From: Octopus sinensis
Lineage: Eukaryota
Assembly: GCF_006345805.1 (NCBI RefSeq)
Contig: NW_021828866.1
Location: forward strand, 1-7,494
Direction of reading: 5' to 3'
DNA: 7,494 nucleotides
Below the pieces are notes generated by a model that was not told the origin of the DNA, made no database searches, and was given only the letters and a program-made list of their open reading frames with translations. Both the position numbers and the translations under genes were made by a program. Every line of letters starts with the position of its first letter. The stretch's first letter is position 1. This document shows, piece by piece, positions 7,255 to 7,494 of this stretch.

Positions 7255-7494
7255 AGGCCAAACCTGCATCCTTTCGATCCCATCTGCAAATTCTCATTTA
7301 CATCAATAGTAATCGGTTTTTCTTTCGCTTTGTTAGTAAAATGTCTGAGAGACCATTTGGAAAACTGAGAGTTTTTTGAAGCAGAAAAGCGAGATCGATA
7401 AACCCAAACTTCACAAATCCAATCAATAAGCTGAACACCGAAGATGTAAGTTTTAACCCGGAACCCTTAATTCGTGACGGAACTTCGATTCTTT

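Noticed and set aside
7332-7338. Perfect TACTAAC branch-point motif on the minus strand
   Set aside because: Followed by purine-rich sequence and immediate AGs rather than a polypyrimidine tract; a single 7-mer is expected by chance.
6114-7379. Long ORFs (up to 257 aa) of HTYI/MYVC/CV repeats on both strands
   Set aside because: Translations of CA/TACA microsatellites, which lack stop codons by construction; no domain content.
1-7494. CRISPR array or prokaryotic system
   Set aside because: No repeat-spacer array, operon structure or prokaryotic-type gene; all periodicity comes from 2-4-nt simple repeats in eukaryotic repeat-rich DNA.

Overview
AT-rich, microsatellite-dense eukaryotic non-coding DNA. 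The repeat families resemble those I recall from octopus/coleoid cephalopods, so the host assignment is an inference. I can support no intact host gene. From left to right: (1) a tRNA-derived CORE-type SINE with an internal (TATG)n tract (~135-572); (2) a non-autonomous hAT/Charlie-like element (918-1609) with TIRs and a 7/8 target-site duplication, whose interior is (TA)n arrays enclosing two ~125-bp islands; (3) a (GT)n tract; (4) a second, inverted copy of one island repeat (~2080-2198), fused directly to (5) a 5'-truncated, frameshifted Tx1/L1-clade LINE (APE endonuclease, RT with YADD, CCHC knuckle; ORF2 remnant 2198-5293 plus a 3' region of uncertain end); (6) a possible orphan DNA-transposon end; (7) long (TATG)n and (CA)n/(TACA)n arrays. 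The most interesting signal is a set of minimal hammerhead-ribozyme-like motifs of the Penelope-like-element type: two copies of one family (1147-1181 minus, 2153-2188 plus) and a third, unrelated candidate (1346-1378). One of them lies about 14 nt upstream of the LINE 5' junction. All long ORFs outside the LINE are microsatellite artefacts.
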